Source: Candidatus Latescibacterota bacterium
GTDB taxonomy: Bacteria > Latescibacterota > UBA2968
Reading direction: 5' to 3'
NCBI GenBank assembly: GCA_965222605.1
Contig: OZ244960.1
Location: 5,024,001-5,088,000, forward strand
DNA length: 64,000 bases
Below, in pieces: positions 46,063 to 55,012 of this stretch; positions within the stretch are counted from its first letter, which is position 1, and every line of letters starts with the position of its first letter. The translations under genes and the position numbers were made by a program. Below the pieces are notes generated by a model that searched no databases, was not told the DNA's origin, and saw only the letters and a list, made by a program, of their open reading frames with translations.

Positions 46063-46853
46063 ATTGCTACAATTTGTTTCATGCGTTTTGCCATCTCGAT
46101 TTGCACGTCTCGGTCGCCACCTACTTCGTGGATGACATATCGGTCATAGCCAATATCGCGCAACCCCTTCATGACTTCTGCCCAATCCGTATCCCCATCC
46201 ATCAGCGGTACAAAATTGCGTTTTTGACGAACAAAGTCCTTAAAATGCACCCGTTTAATCCGGTGTTGAAGCCCGCGAATCCAGTGCTCTGGATAGCCGT
46301 AAAACATCATATTGGCCGTATCGAGATAGATCCCGACCCAATCGCTACCCACGGCATCGACAAATTCGCGCGCTTCTTTTGGATTGAGCAAGAACTTATT
46401 CCACACATTTTCTATGCCCACTGCAACGCCTTTTTCCTCGGCATAAGGCGCGATATCTTTCATCGAGACCAGAAAATCATCCCATGCGTCTTCATAGGTA
46501 CCGTCAACCGGGAGTTGGCCCGGATGGAGTAAGACTGCATCGGTCTCGACCAGATGCGCCACGTCAATGGCGCGGCGCAAGCTCTTCATGCCGGCTTCGC
46601 GCTCTGCCGGGTCTCGGCTGAGAAAATTGCCCCGATTATCATATCTGGCAAGCGCACTGCTGATTTCAATGCCCGCATCGTCACACCGTTTTTTGACACC
46701 GCGGACTTCGTCGTCACTCATATCTACATTTGGATCACCTTCTGGTGAAAATACCAGTTCGAGTGCCTCGTAACCCGCATCGCGGCACAACTGCAATGTT
46801 TCATCCAGTGTCAGTTTTCCCAGGATAATTTGCGTTACCCCAATCTTCATCAC
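46059..46853 (-). CDS. Sugar phosphate isomerase/epimerase (hexulose epimerase-like)
   Basis: IENVWNKFL, YLDTAN, HFKD, IHE. Confidence 0.85.
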   Translation of the reverse strand: MMKIGVTQIILGKLTLDETLQLCRDAGYEALELVFSPEGDPNVDMSDDEVRGVKKRCDDAGIEISSALARYDNRGNFLSRDPAEREAGMKSLRRAIDVAHLVETDAVLLHPGQLPVDGTYEDAWDDFLVSMKDIAPYAEEKGVAVGIENVWNKFLLNPKEAREFVDAVGSDWVGIYLDTANMMFYGYPEHWIRGLQHRIKRVHFKDFVRQKRNFVPLMDGDTDWAEVMKGLRDIGYDRYVIHEVGGDRDVQIEMAKRMKQIVAM

Positions 46854-46967
46854 AGGCCTCCATCTCCTTTAGAATAAATCAGAAACTACGGTGTTTCGTT
46901 GCATACACCAATCGTTTCGCTGCCATGTATCAATGAAAAAAATACAGGTGCGATCTGACCGAATTTT

Positions 46968-48638
46968 CTAATGTCTCGCTTCTTCCTTTGTATTCATCTG
47001 TTCCAACTCTTCGGCGATTTCGTCCATCAGGACAGCCAGTTCCAGGACATTTTCGCTCGTGATCGAGCCGAGAAATTTGCCTGAGTCTCTATCCATGACC
47101 GGTATCACGGACAGCGAATGATCCGTCATGCGCTTCAGCACGTCTTCAATTGGCTCATCGGGCTGGGCCTGTGGCGGATCTGTGCGCAACACATTGCGAA
47201 GTGGCGTGTTTGCCCTTAATCGCATGGGCATGGCTTGTAGGCGGGGCAGCGAGATGATACCTTCGACAGTGCCTTGATCAACCACGAGGTAATCCTGTTG
47301 TTTCGGCACGGTCCAGTAATCGACAAAATTCTTGGCCGAGAGTGCTGAGTTGGGATAGGTGCGTGTTTTGTCCATGACGTGGTTGACGGTAATGTCCTCC
47401 AACGCGCGGCGGGCAAAAGAATGCGGCACAGCATCGGGCAGCTTAGGTCGGTGCAATTTCTTGGCTTTGTTGACCGCGAAGTCGATTGCCTGGGGCATCA
47501 GCACAATGTAGCCGAACATCATCAGCACGAATAGTGAGAAGATATCCTGCCCGATCACGCCGCTCTCGAAGAGGACAAGGAGGAGAGCAATCTCCGCCAC
47601 GCCCTTTGCCATCAGTCCCGTGGCCTGGGCGAGGGGATTATCCAGACGAGCCACATAGGTACCGATGAAGGCACCGGCGAATTTGCCTAACGACGGGAAC
47701 ACGACCAATGCGACGATGGTCACTATCGGCAAGGATGTAAAGGACAGGTCCAGGTGAAGGCCAGCCGAGGCGAAGAAGAGAGGAACAAACAAACCCTCTG
47801 CCGCGCTCCGCAGACCGGGCATGACGTCTTCATATACCTGACGGGGCAGACCCGATAGGGCAGCACCGAAAAGCAGTGCGCCAATGGAGCCGTGCAGGTG
47901 GATTTTCTCGGCCCCCACCACCATCAGGAAAAGTCCACCGATTAGCAGTCCAAATGACAATTCGGGTACATTCAAAATGCGCTGCAAGAAGACAATCGCA
48001 TGCGGCAGAATCCTCGCCGATAGGAACCACGCTACCACTGCGAAACCCGCTATCTGCATCAGCAGAAGGAGCACGCTGGCAACACTCAGTTCGTATTCGT
48101 GCGTGCCAATTTCGCTGATGGAGAACCCGACCACGAGCAGGGCGAGCAACTCGGCGATGATCACTGTGGTGAAGATCTCGAGGCCGATGGGTTCTTTGAA
48201 ATGCCCTTTATCGGCGAGCACCTTTGCCACAAGTCCCAGACTGGACAGCGACAGGATGCCGGCCAGAGCCAGTGCCTCTGTGAAATCGAGGTTGAGGGCG
48301 AAACTGATTTCAAAAAAGTTAGACGTGAGAACCAGAGCGGTGAGCAGTGAAATGAGCACCGACAGGGTCGCTGCGACAAAAAACCGCCCGCGAATTGTCG
48401 CCACAAAGCTCGGTATGTCGATCTCGTCCAGACCAACCAAAAAAAAGAAGACGAAGATGCCGATGCCTAAGAAGGTTTGAAGTTCGTGTGTTGGTTCAAC
48501 TATATTCGTGACAGGACCGAGCAGGGTACCGGTTATTGTATAGGCGACGATTGAATTTAAGCCAAAACGTTTAAATATGCCCTCAAAGAGCTTGCCCACG
48601 ACAATGAGCAGCCCGAGGGGCAACAGGGCGTCAATCAT
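46968..48638 (-). CDS. Cation:proton antiporter (CPA2) with C-terminal CBS domains
   Basis: Many TM helices, PLFFASAG, KGVAE; C-terminal VMD..IPVMD..FLGSIT CBS pair; alternative start at 48671. Confidence 0.85.
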   Translation of the reverse strand: MIDALLPLGLLIVVGKLFEGIFKRFGLNSIVAYTITGTLLGPVTNIVEPTHELQTFLGIGIFVFFFLVGLDEIDIPSFVATIRGRFFVAATLSVLISLLTALVLTSNFFEISFALNLDFTEALALAGILSLSSLGLVAKVLADKGHFKEPIGLEIFTTVIIAELLALLVVGFSISEIGTHEYELSVASVLLLLMQIAGFAVVAWFLSARILPHAIVFLQRILNVPELSFGLLIGGLFLMVVGAEKIHLHGSIGALLFGAALSGLPRQVYEDVMPGLRSAAEGLFVPLFFASAGLHLDLSFTSLPIVTIVALVVFPSLGKFAGAFIGTYVARLDNPLAQATGLMAKGVAEIALLLVLFESGVIGQDIFSLFVLMMFGYIVLMPQAIDFAVNKAKKLHRPKLPDAVPHSFARRALEDITVNHVMDKTRTYPNSALSAKNFVDYWTVPKQQDYLVVDQGTVEGIISLPRLQAMPMRLRANTPLRNVLRTDPPQAQPDEPIEDVLKRMTDHSLSVIPVMDRDSGKFLGSITSENVLELAVLMDEIAEELEQMNTKEEARH

Positions 48639-48876
48639 GCATAGGGTCTCATATTTTTTTTGGTTTAGCATCCCGGGGTGGTTTGCCGGCGAATTATATA
48701 CAGGTATTTAATATGAAAATAAACCGCCCCCCAAAAAAAGCAAGCCTTTCTCACGCCCTTTGTCCCGTGTTTATATAATACTTGACAAGGTGCTGTTTTT
48801 TCGCTATCACATCGCCTTGTTCATTTTGTTTGCAGACCGTCAATACATATCACACAATAACTCTGGAGATTATGCT

Positions 48877-50181
48877 ATGAAGTATATTCTGTTTGGCCTG
48901 ATATTTCTCATCACAGGCTGTAAGCCCGCTGAGTCCCCTACACCGGCAAAGCGCTCTATCACAATATGGTGGGCACAGTGGGATCCCGCGGATGGACTTC
49001 AGGAACTGGGCAATAAATTTGAACGGGAAACGGGTATTGCCGTTAAAGTCCACCAGATTCCCTGGCCGTCTTATCAGGATCAGGTCTTTCTCAATTTTGG
49101 CAATAACAAAACGGATTTTGATATCGTGATTGGCGATAGTCAGTGGATTGGGCGCGGTGCGACGCGCGGTCTTTACGTCGATCTGACCGACTGGTTGCCC
49201 ACGGCGATTGACATTGGCAAAATTCATCCCCGCGCTGCGCGTTATTTGTGCGAATATCCGCCCGGTGGTGGCAAATTCTACGCTGCGCCATGCGAGACCG
49301 ATGCCGTTGGATTTGTCTATCGCAAAGACTGGTTTGAAGACTCCGCTGAGCAAGCGGCATTCAAACAGAAATACGGGCGCGATCTGACCATTCCCGATGA
49401 CTGGGATGAATTCCGCGACCTGGCTGAATTTTTTCATCGTCCCGATCAAAAACAATACGGCTGCGCTCTGCTCACCGGGCGAGGGTATGATTCGATGACG
49501 ATGGGCTTTCAGATGTTTATGTGGGGTTTTGGCGGCTCGTGGGGTGAGTTTGGCGAATTTGCGGTGGATGGACATGTCAATAAACCCGAAGTGGCAAAAG
49601 CTCTTGCGTATCTCAAAGAGTTGCTACAATACGGTCCCAATGGCGCGACCAATTTCGACTATGGTAAGACCTTTGAAGCCTTTATCAATGGTTCGACGGC
49701 CATGAGCATGAACTATTTTGCCTTTTATCCCGGTATTGTGAAACAGATGGGGGATAAGGCGGGGTTTTTCATGGTACCCAAAGCTGGCGATAAGCGCGTG
49801 GTGAGTCTGGGGGGGCAGGGGTTCAGCATTTCTACCAAAACATCCGCAGAGCAACAGGAACTGGCTAAGAAATTTATCGCGTGGTTCCTGCAAACCGATA
49901 TTCAAAAAGAATGGATTACCAAAGATGCCGGATTTACCGCCAATACGGATATTCTCAATAGCGAAGAATTTCGAAATGCGTCTCCGTACAACCGCGCTTT
50001 TGCAGAATCGCTCGATTATCTTCAGGATTTTTGGAATGCGCCTGTTTACAACGAGTTGCTCGCGGTTTCACAGCGCTATTTGGGCGAAGCGATTGACGGG
50101 GTTACGCCTGCGCAGGAAGCACTCGACAAAATTGCAGCCGAACACGAGCAGATTTTCAAAGATGCCGGTTTGTTGAAATAA
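48877..50181 (+). CDS. Sugar ABC transporter substrate-binding lipoprotein
   Basis: Lipobox LITGC; YRKDW, P.DWDE, LGGQG, A.KFI.W. Confidence 0.88.
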   Translation: MKYILFGLIFLITGCKPAESPTPAKRSITIWWAQWDPADGLQELGNKFERETGIAVKVHQIPWPSYQDQVFLNFGNNKTDFDIVIGDSQWIGRGATRGLYVDLTDWLPTAIDIGKIHPRAARYLCEYPPGGGKFYAAPCETDAVGFVYRKDWFEDSAEQAAFKQKYGRDLTIPDDWDEFRDLAEFFHRPDQKQYGCALLTGRGYDSMTMGFQMFMWGFGGSWGEFGEFAVDGHVNKPEVAKALAYLKELLQYGPNGATNFDYGKTFEAFINGSTAMSMNYFAFYPGIVKQMGDKAGFFMVPKAGDKRVVSLGGQGFSISTKTSAEQQELAKKFIAWFLQTDIQKEWITKDAGFTANTDILNSEEFRNASPYNRAFAESLDYLQDFWNAPVYNELLAVSQRYLGEAIDGVTPAQEALDKIAAEHEQIFKDAGLLK

Positions 50182-50231
50182 CCGAATCCCGCGATCCAAA
50201 TACATAACTCAAATAGGAAAGCACAATATCT

Positions 50232-51266
50232 ATGTCCTCTTTTAAAACGTCTGAAGATATCAAAGTGGGTGTTATCGGCTACGGCGGCGCATTCAATATG
50301 GGCCGCCAGCATCTCACGTTTATGAAAAAGGCAGGTATGACGCCTGTTGCGGTTGCAGAACTCGATGAAACGCGCTTGAAAGTCGCACGGGAAGAATTTC
50401 CCGGTATTGAGACCTATACATCTGTGTCTGCTATGCTGGACAAATCCGATGTCAACCTCGTCGTGATCATCACCCCACACAATACCCATGCCGAACTGGC
50501 ATTGCAATGCCTGCGCGCAGGTCGCCACGTCATCAGCGAAAAACCCCTGGCGATTACGACTGAGGAATGCGATGCGATGATCCGCGAATCCGCAAAGCAA
50601 AATCTCCTTCTTTCCACCTATCACAACCGCCATTGGGATGGGTGTATTCTGGAAGCTCTCGAACAAATTCACTCGCGCAAAGTTATTGGCGAGGTCTATC
50701 GCATTGAAGCCCACATAGGAGGATACAATCGACCGGGCGATTGGTGGCGCAGCAGCAAGAGTATCTCAGGAGGCATCCTCTACGATTGGGGTGTTCACCT
50801 TCTCGAATATTCGCTCCAAATCTTGCAATCGGATATTGTGGAGGTCTCCGGGTTCGCGCACGCCGGTTTCTGGGCTGATAAGACCCGCTGGCAGGCCGAT
50901 ACCAATGAAGATGAGGCCACGGCTATCGTGCGTTTCAAGGATAGGACCTGGATTAATCTCACTATGTCGAGTATCGCATCTGCGCCCCGCAAGGGCTGGC
51001 TCGAGATTACCGGGACGACCGGCACCTATACTTTTGATGGTGGTACGTACGAAATTTTGCAGATAAAAGATGGGGAAAAGGTAGTTTCCTCTGGCAAAAA
51101 TCCCAACCATCAATACGATAAATACTACGATAATATTGCCGCGCACCTCTCGACGGGCGAAGACCTGATCATCACGTCCGAATGGTCTCGCCGCCCCATT
51201 CATATTCTCGATCTTGCATGCAAAAGCGCGGCGGCAGGGCAAACGCTCAAGGCGAAGTACGCATAG
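50232..51266 (+). CDS. Gfo/Idh/MocA family oxidoreductase
   Basis: GVIGYG, TPHNTH, SEKP, HNRHWD, GGILYDWGVH. Confidence 0.9.
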   Translation: MSSFKTSEDIKVGVIGYGGAFNMGRQHLTFMKKAGMTPVAVAELDETRLKVAREEFPGIETYTSVSAMLDKSDVNLVVIITPHNTHAELALQCLRAGRHVISEKPLAITTEECDAMIRESAKQNLLLSTYHNRHWDGCILEALEQIHSRKVIGEVYRIEAHIGGYNRPGDWWRSSKSISGGILYDWGVHLLEYSLQILQSDIVEVSGFAHAGFWADKTRWQADTNEDEATAIVRFKDRTWINLTMSSIASAPRKGWLEITGTTGTYTFDGGTYEILQIKDGEKVVSSGKNPNHQYDKYYDNIAAHLSTGEDLIITSEWSRRPIHILDLACKSAAAGQTLKAKYA

Positions 51267-51283
51267 TACAGGCGTTACAAAAT

Positions 51284-51329
51284 AAAAAAAGCGGCCAATG
51301 TCTCTCAACACAGGCCGCTTTCTTTTTTT
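51284..51329. terminator. Bidirectional Rho-independent terminator
   Basis: A7-GCGGCC...GGCCGC-TTTCTTTTTTT between convergent genes. Confidence 0.7.
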
Positions 51330-51338
51330 AGTACTGGA

Positions 51339-52061
51339 CTAAATGCCAATCCGCTTTGGAAATACTGTTACCCCCCAATTCACATACCGGTCTCGCTCCT
51401 CAGGTGTCTCGGCACTCATGCCCACTTTTACAGGTGTGTCTTTTACCTGACCGAGCACGTGTTTCACACAGTCTTCCACTGTCCGAAATGGAAATTGGGG
51501 ATGCGCCTCAATGCTAAACATCAGATCGTTTGGGCCAAAGTTCAACACATCCACCCCTGGCCTGGCTAACTGTGCGGCATTGATTACTGCTTCGACAGAT
51601 TCAATCTGAATTGCCAGCCACCCATACGCATTCCACCAGGCGGCGTATTCCAACCGATCTGGTCGCTCGTCCAGCCCCATCCGATTTACGCCACCCCAAC
51701 TGCGTTTGCCCATCTGGGGATAATAAAAGGCGTTCACGGCCTCATCTACAATTGCCTCGCTTTCGACTTCTGGCACCATAATCCCCGAAGGACCCAAATC
51801 GAGATAATTGCCGATCAGATAGGCGTGGAGGGTGTGTTTAATCCGAATCTGAACGGGTAAATTCAATTCCCGGGCCATCAGGCAAAAAGCCACCAGTTGC
51901 GCTTCGTTAAAAGGCCCGTGTTGTGCATCTACATTTAGATAGTCACATTCGTGTTTTGACAGAATATCTGTTAGTTCTCCCTTTTCAATATCCATTGGTA
52001 CGCCAATAGAATTTACAATTTCACCGTTTCGAATCCGCTGTTTTAGAGTTTTTTCCGGCAT
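51339..52061 (-). CDS. HpcH/HpaI aldolase/citrate lyase family protein
   Basis: DAQHG, LDLGP.GIMVP, YYPQ.G.RS, QIES, GPNDL. Confidence 0.82.
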   Translation of the reverse strand: MPEKTLKQRIRNGEIVNSIGVPMDIEKGELTDILSKHECDYLNVDAQHGPFNEAQLVAFCLMARELNLPVQIRIKHTLHAYLIGNYLDLGPSGIMVPEVESEAIVDEAVNAFYYPQMGKRSWGGVNRMGLDERPDRLEYAAWWNAYGWLAIQIESVEAVINAAQLARPGVDVLNFGPNDLMFSIEAHPQFPFRTVEDCVKHVLGQVKDTPVKVGMSAETPEERDRYVNWGVTVFPKRIGI

Positions 52062-52075
52062 TATACACCTCGTGT

Positions 52076-53179
52076 TCAGTCCAGGTTGTAGAGTTCCCGG
52101 GCATTTTCGGCCATAATTTGTTTTTTTACATCTCGGTCCGATATATTGCGCAGTGCCTGATCGGGCGAATCGAAATCCCAGTGCGGATAATCAGTTGCAA
52201 ACATCAGTTTGTCGTCCATATCCATGTGCGCCAGCATTTGTTCGAAATGCGCCGGGTCTGAAGGCTCTTCTACCGGCTGTGTGGTCAGCCAGACATGGTC
52301 CCGGATATATTCCGAGGGTAGCCGCTTCAAATAGGGGACTTCCATTTTGAGTTTTCGATACCAGCTATCCATCCGCCACATCAATGGTGCCACCCACCCA
52401 AAACCGCCTTCGATCAGAACGATCTTTAAGTCGGGAAATCGCTCAAAAACGCCTTCGTACACATAGCTCGTTACTTGCGCCTGAAATGCCATGGGCATCC
52501 CGCCGTGATCCTGGATATAATGTGCCGCCTTGCCCGCGCCCGTAATTGGGCCAATACCCGTGCCCCCAAAGTGGATGCCGATGGGAAGGTCGTAGTCAAC
52601 GGCTACCTCGTAAATTTTCCAGTATTTCCGTCGTCCCAACGGCTCCATTGTTCGTGCCATGAACATCAGTTGTACAAATCCCGGGTGATCGCCCAGACGT
52701 TCAATTTCAGCGACGGCGAGGTCGGCGTCCTCATACGCGACGGTCAGGGACGCGCGCAACCGATTATCTTTTTCCAGCCACTCGGCTATTTGCCATTCAT
52801 TAACCGCCTGTGCAATCGCAGCCCCATATTCCAGGTTTTGCTGTCCTCCAGCAGGCGATAGCGGGTTCAATATGCCGTAATCTATTTCCCAGGTATCCAG
52901 CAATTGTTCCTGCATAAAGCCCAGATGCGATCCCGGTGGTCCCTCGGGTGGAAATGCATCGTTTCGCGCAGCAAAGGGTACGGCCCTCGGGCAGTTTGAC
53001 CCTGATCGTCTGCGCCCTGCTATGCTCAGATGATAATCTTTCCACGCGCTGGGCATATAATCTACCCATACCTCGGTTGCAGGGGATTGATAGCCATCTA
53101 CATTGTGAATATCGCAATCGATTACCGATAGCTTTTCACTTTTTTTTACCCTGGGTTCTTCTAAAGTAGTCATTGCCAT
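52076..53179 (-). CDS. Amidohydrolase_2-fold protein B (possible dinuclear oxygenase subunit)
   Basis: IDCDIH, GIHFGG, IEGGFGW, PSEY, ATDYPHWDFD. Confidence 0.82.
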   Translation of the reverse strand: MAMTTLEEPRVKKSEKLSVIDCDIHNVDGYQSPATEVWVDYMPSAWKDYHLSIAGRRRSGSNCPRAVPFAARNDAFPPEGPPGSHLGFMQEQLLDTWEIDYGILNPLSPAGGQQNLEYGAAIAQAVNEWQIAEWLEKDNRLRASLTVAYEDADLAVAEIERLGDHPGFVQLMFMARTMEPLGRRKYWKIYEVAVDYDLPIGIHFGGTGIGPITGAGKAAHYIQDHGGMPMAFQAQVTSYVYEGVFERFPDLKIVLIEGGFGWVAPLMWRMDSWYRKLKMEVPYLKRLPSEYIRDHVWLTTQPVEEPSDPAHFEQMLAHMDMDDKLMFATDYPHWDFDSPDQALRNISDRDVKKQIMAENARELYNLD

Positions 53180-53191
53180 AGCGGTATCTCC

Positions 53192-54259
53192 TTACAATCT
53201 GTAAAACGCCCGTGCATTCTCTCTTAAAATGTTTTCCAGTAGCGAATTGGATATCCCTTTTGGTATGGCATCATCTGGCCCGTCAAAATGCCAGTGCGGA
53301 TAATCGGTCGAAAACATCAGTATCTCGTCCGAATCCAGTTGTTCAATCATCTGCAATAGATGTTCAGAATTTATGGGCGCGTCCATTGGTTGTAGCGTTA
53401 TCCGAATGTGTTCTCGCACATAGTCCGATGGCGGTCGTACAACCCAGGGAGTGTCTCGGCGCAGGCCTTTCCACTCTTTGTCCATGCGCCACATCCAGGC
53501 GGGCATCCAGACGAATCCACTTTCGATTAACACCACCCGCAATTCGGGAAATCGCGCAAACGCACCTTCGGAGATTAAGCTCAGGACTTGTGCCTGAAAA
53601 ATCTGCGCCATATCGGCACATTCCTCAATATAGGTCGAAGGCCAGCCCACGGGTGTGGGGGGAAGCGATGAAGCACCGCCAAAATGAATGCCTATTGCCA
53701 GGTTGTGCTTTACAGCAGCCGCGTACATCGGATCGTATTCGCTTTTTCCATATAGAGAATAGGATCGAACAGGGAGTATTACCTGAACAAATCCCGGATG
53801 ATCGCCAAAGCGTTCAATTTCTCGTGCTGCGAGGATGGGATTCTGACTGGGTACGACCAATGAGGCGCGGAGACGCGCTTCTTTCTCCAGCCAGTGATCA
53901 ATTTGCCACTGGTTGACCGCCGTGGCAAGAGACGCCGCGAGGTCTTCGTTGAGCACGCTTTGTACCCAGTAGCCACACGTCAAAATTCCCACTTCTACAT
54001 CCCAGGGATCGAGTATCTGTTTTTGTATCAGTTCCAGATCGGAACCCGGGGGACCATTTGCAGGTCGAGTACCTTGCCGCGCAGATGTGGGTGCGCCACC
54101 TGGATAATCATTCGCGCTGGGGCCCCGAAAATGGGATTCGCGAATATACGCGCCCCAGTGATCCTCCAGATACGGCACAAGGATCTCCAACGAGGCAACC
54201 GCATTGTGGATATCACAATCGATAACGGGGCGGCCGAGGCCTGTAAAATCAGCGGTCAT
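53192..54259 (-). CDS. Amidohydrolase_2-fold protein A (possible dinuclear oxygenase subunit)
   Basis: IDCDIH, GIHFGG, IESGFVW, PSDY, STDYPHWHFD. Confidence 0.82.
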   Translation of the reverse strand: MTADFTGLGRPVIDCDIHNAVASLEILVPYLEDHWGAYIRESHFRGPSANDYPGGAPTSARQGTRPANGPPGSDLELIQKQILDPWDVEVGILTCGYWVQSVLNEDLAASLATAVNQWQIDHWLEKEARLRASLVVPSQNPILAAREIERFGDHPGFVQVILPVRSYSLYGKSEYDPMYAAAVKHNLAIGIHFGGASSLPPTPVGWPSTYIEECADMAQIFQAQVLSLISEGAFARFPELRVVLIESGFVWMPAWMWRMDKEWKGLRRDTPWVVRPPSDYVREHIRITLQPMDAPINSEHLLQMIEQLDSDEILMFSTDYPHWHFDGPDDAIPKGISNSLLENILRENARAFYRL

Positions 54260-54597
54260 TCTTTCTCCAGCAAAGTGTCAATCTCGCGGGCGAGGGTTGG
54301 CAGATTAGTCTGAATCACATCCCAAACTAGCCGATCATCCACATCGGCATAGCCGTGAATAAGGACATTGCGAAAAGCAATGATTCGTTGATACTTGCTG
54401 ATGCGTGAGGCAAGTGCAGAGTCAAGTTTTGCAAGTTGCGCCATGGCTTCGCCGATGATTTCAAACTGACGCTCCACCGCGGAACGCATCATGGTATCAC
54501 GCTCGTAGTCTGCAAACGTCTTGTCATCAGTAAACTCCCTCAGCAGCCCAATGGCGTACTGGATGTCGTACAGGTATTTCTTGATCTCAAGCCTCAT
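54256..54597 (-). CDS. HepT-like HEPN ribonuclease toxin (DUF86)
   Basis: YLYDI, AVERQFEIIGEA, R-x4-H-x-Y motif RNVLIHGY, VWD. Confidence 0.9.
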   Translation of the reverse strand: MRLEIKKYLYDIQYAIGLLREFTDDKTFADYERDTMMRSAVERQFEIIGEAMAQLAKLDSALASRISKYQRIIAFRNVLIHGYADVDDRLVWDVIQTNLPTLAREIDTLLEKE

Positions 54598-54895
54598 AAA
54601 TCGGCCTCTTGGTTTCCTCAATGGATTGCCGGAAATACGGGTTCTTGATGGCTGAATCGACCACCAAGTCCACGGGTTTTCCAAAGAGCCGTTCCAGGGC
54701 TTCCATCAAGCCGAAGTAAGTGTCGGCATAAGCACCGTCCGGTAACGGTTGAAATTCTACTACAAAATCAAGGTCGCTTTCCTCTGGCCGGTATTGGCTG
54801 GTTACGGCCGATCCGAACAGGTCAAGTCTAAGCACATTGTAACGGAGACACAATTGCTCGAGTTCGGCGGCTTGCTCGCTAACGACTGAAATCAT
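54587..54895 (-). CDS. MntA-like minimal nucleotidyltransferase antitoxin
   Basis: LFGS..SDLDF, LERLFG.PVDLV, NPYF; overlaps the hepT start. Confidence 0.9.
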   Translation of the reverse strand: MISVVSEQAAELEQLCLRYNVLRLDLFGSAVTSQYRPEESDLDFVVEFQPLPDGAYADTYFGLMEALERLFGKPVDLVVDSAIKNPYFRQSIEETKRPIYEA

Positions 54896-55012
54896 TATCA
54901 GTCCTCCTGATTTTTGTGAGGTATAAATCCTGTATCTACAATATTTTATTATGAATGAATAAAATATAGACGCCTACACGTTATTCGACCGTTGGTGACG
55001 TGTCGGTAGTTC

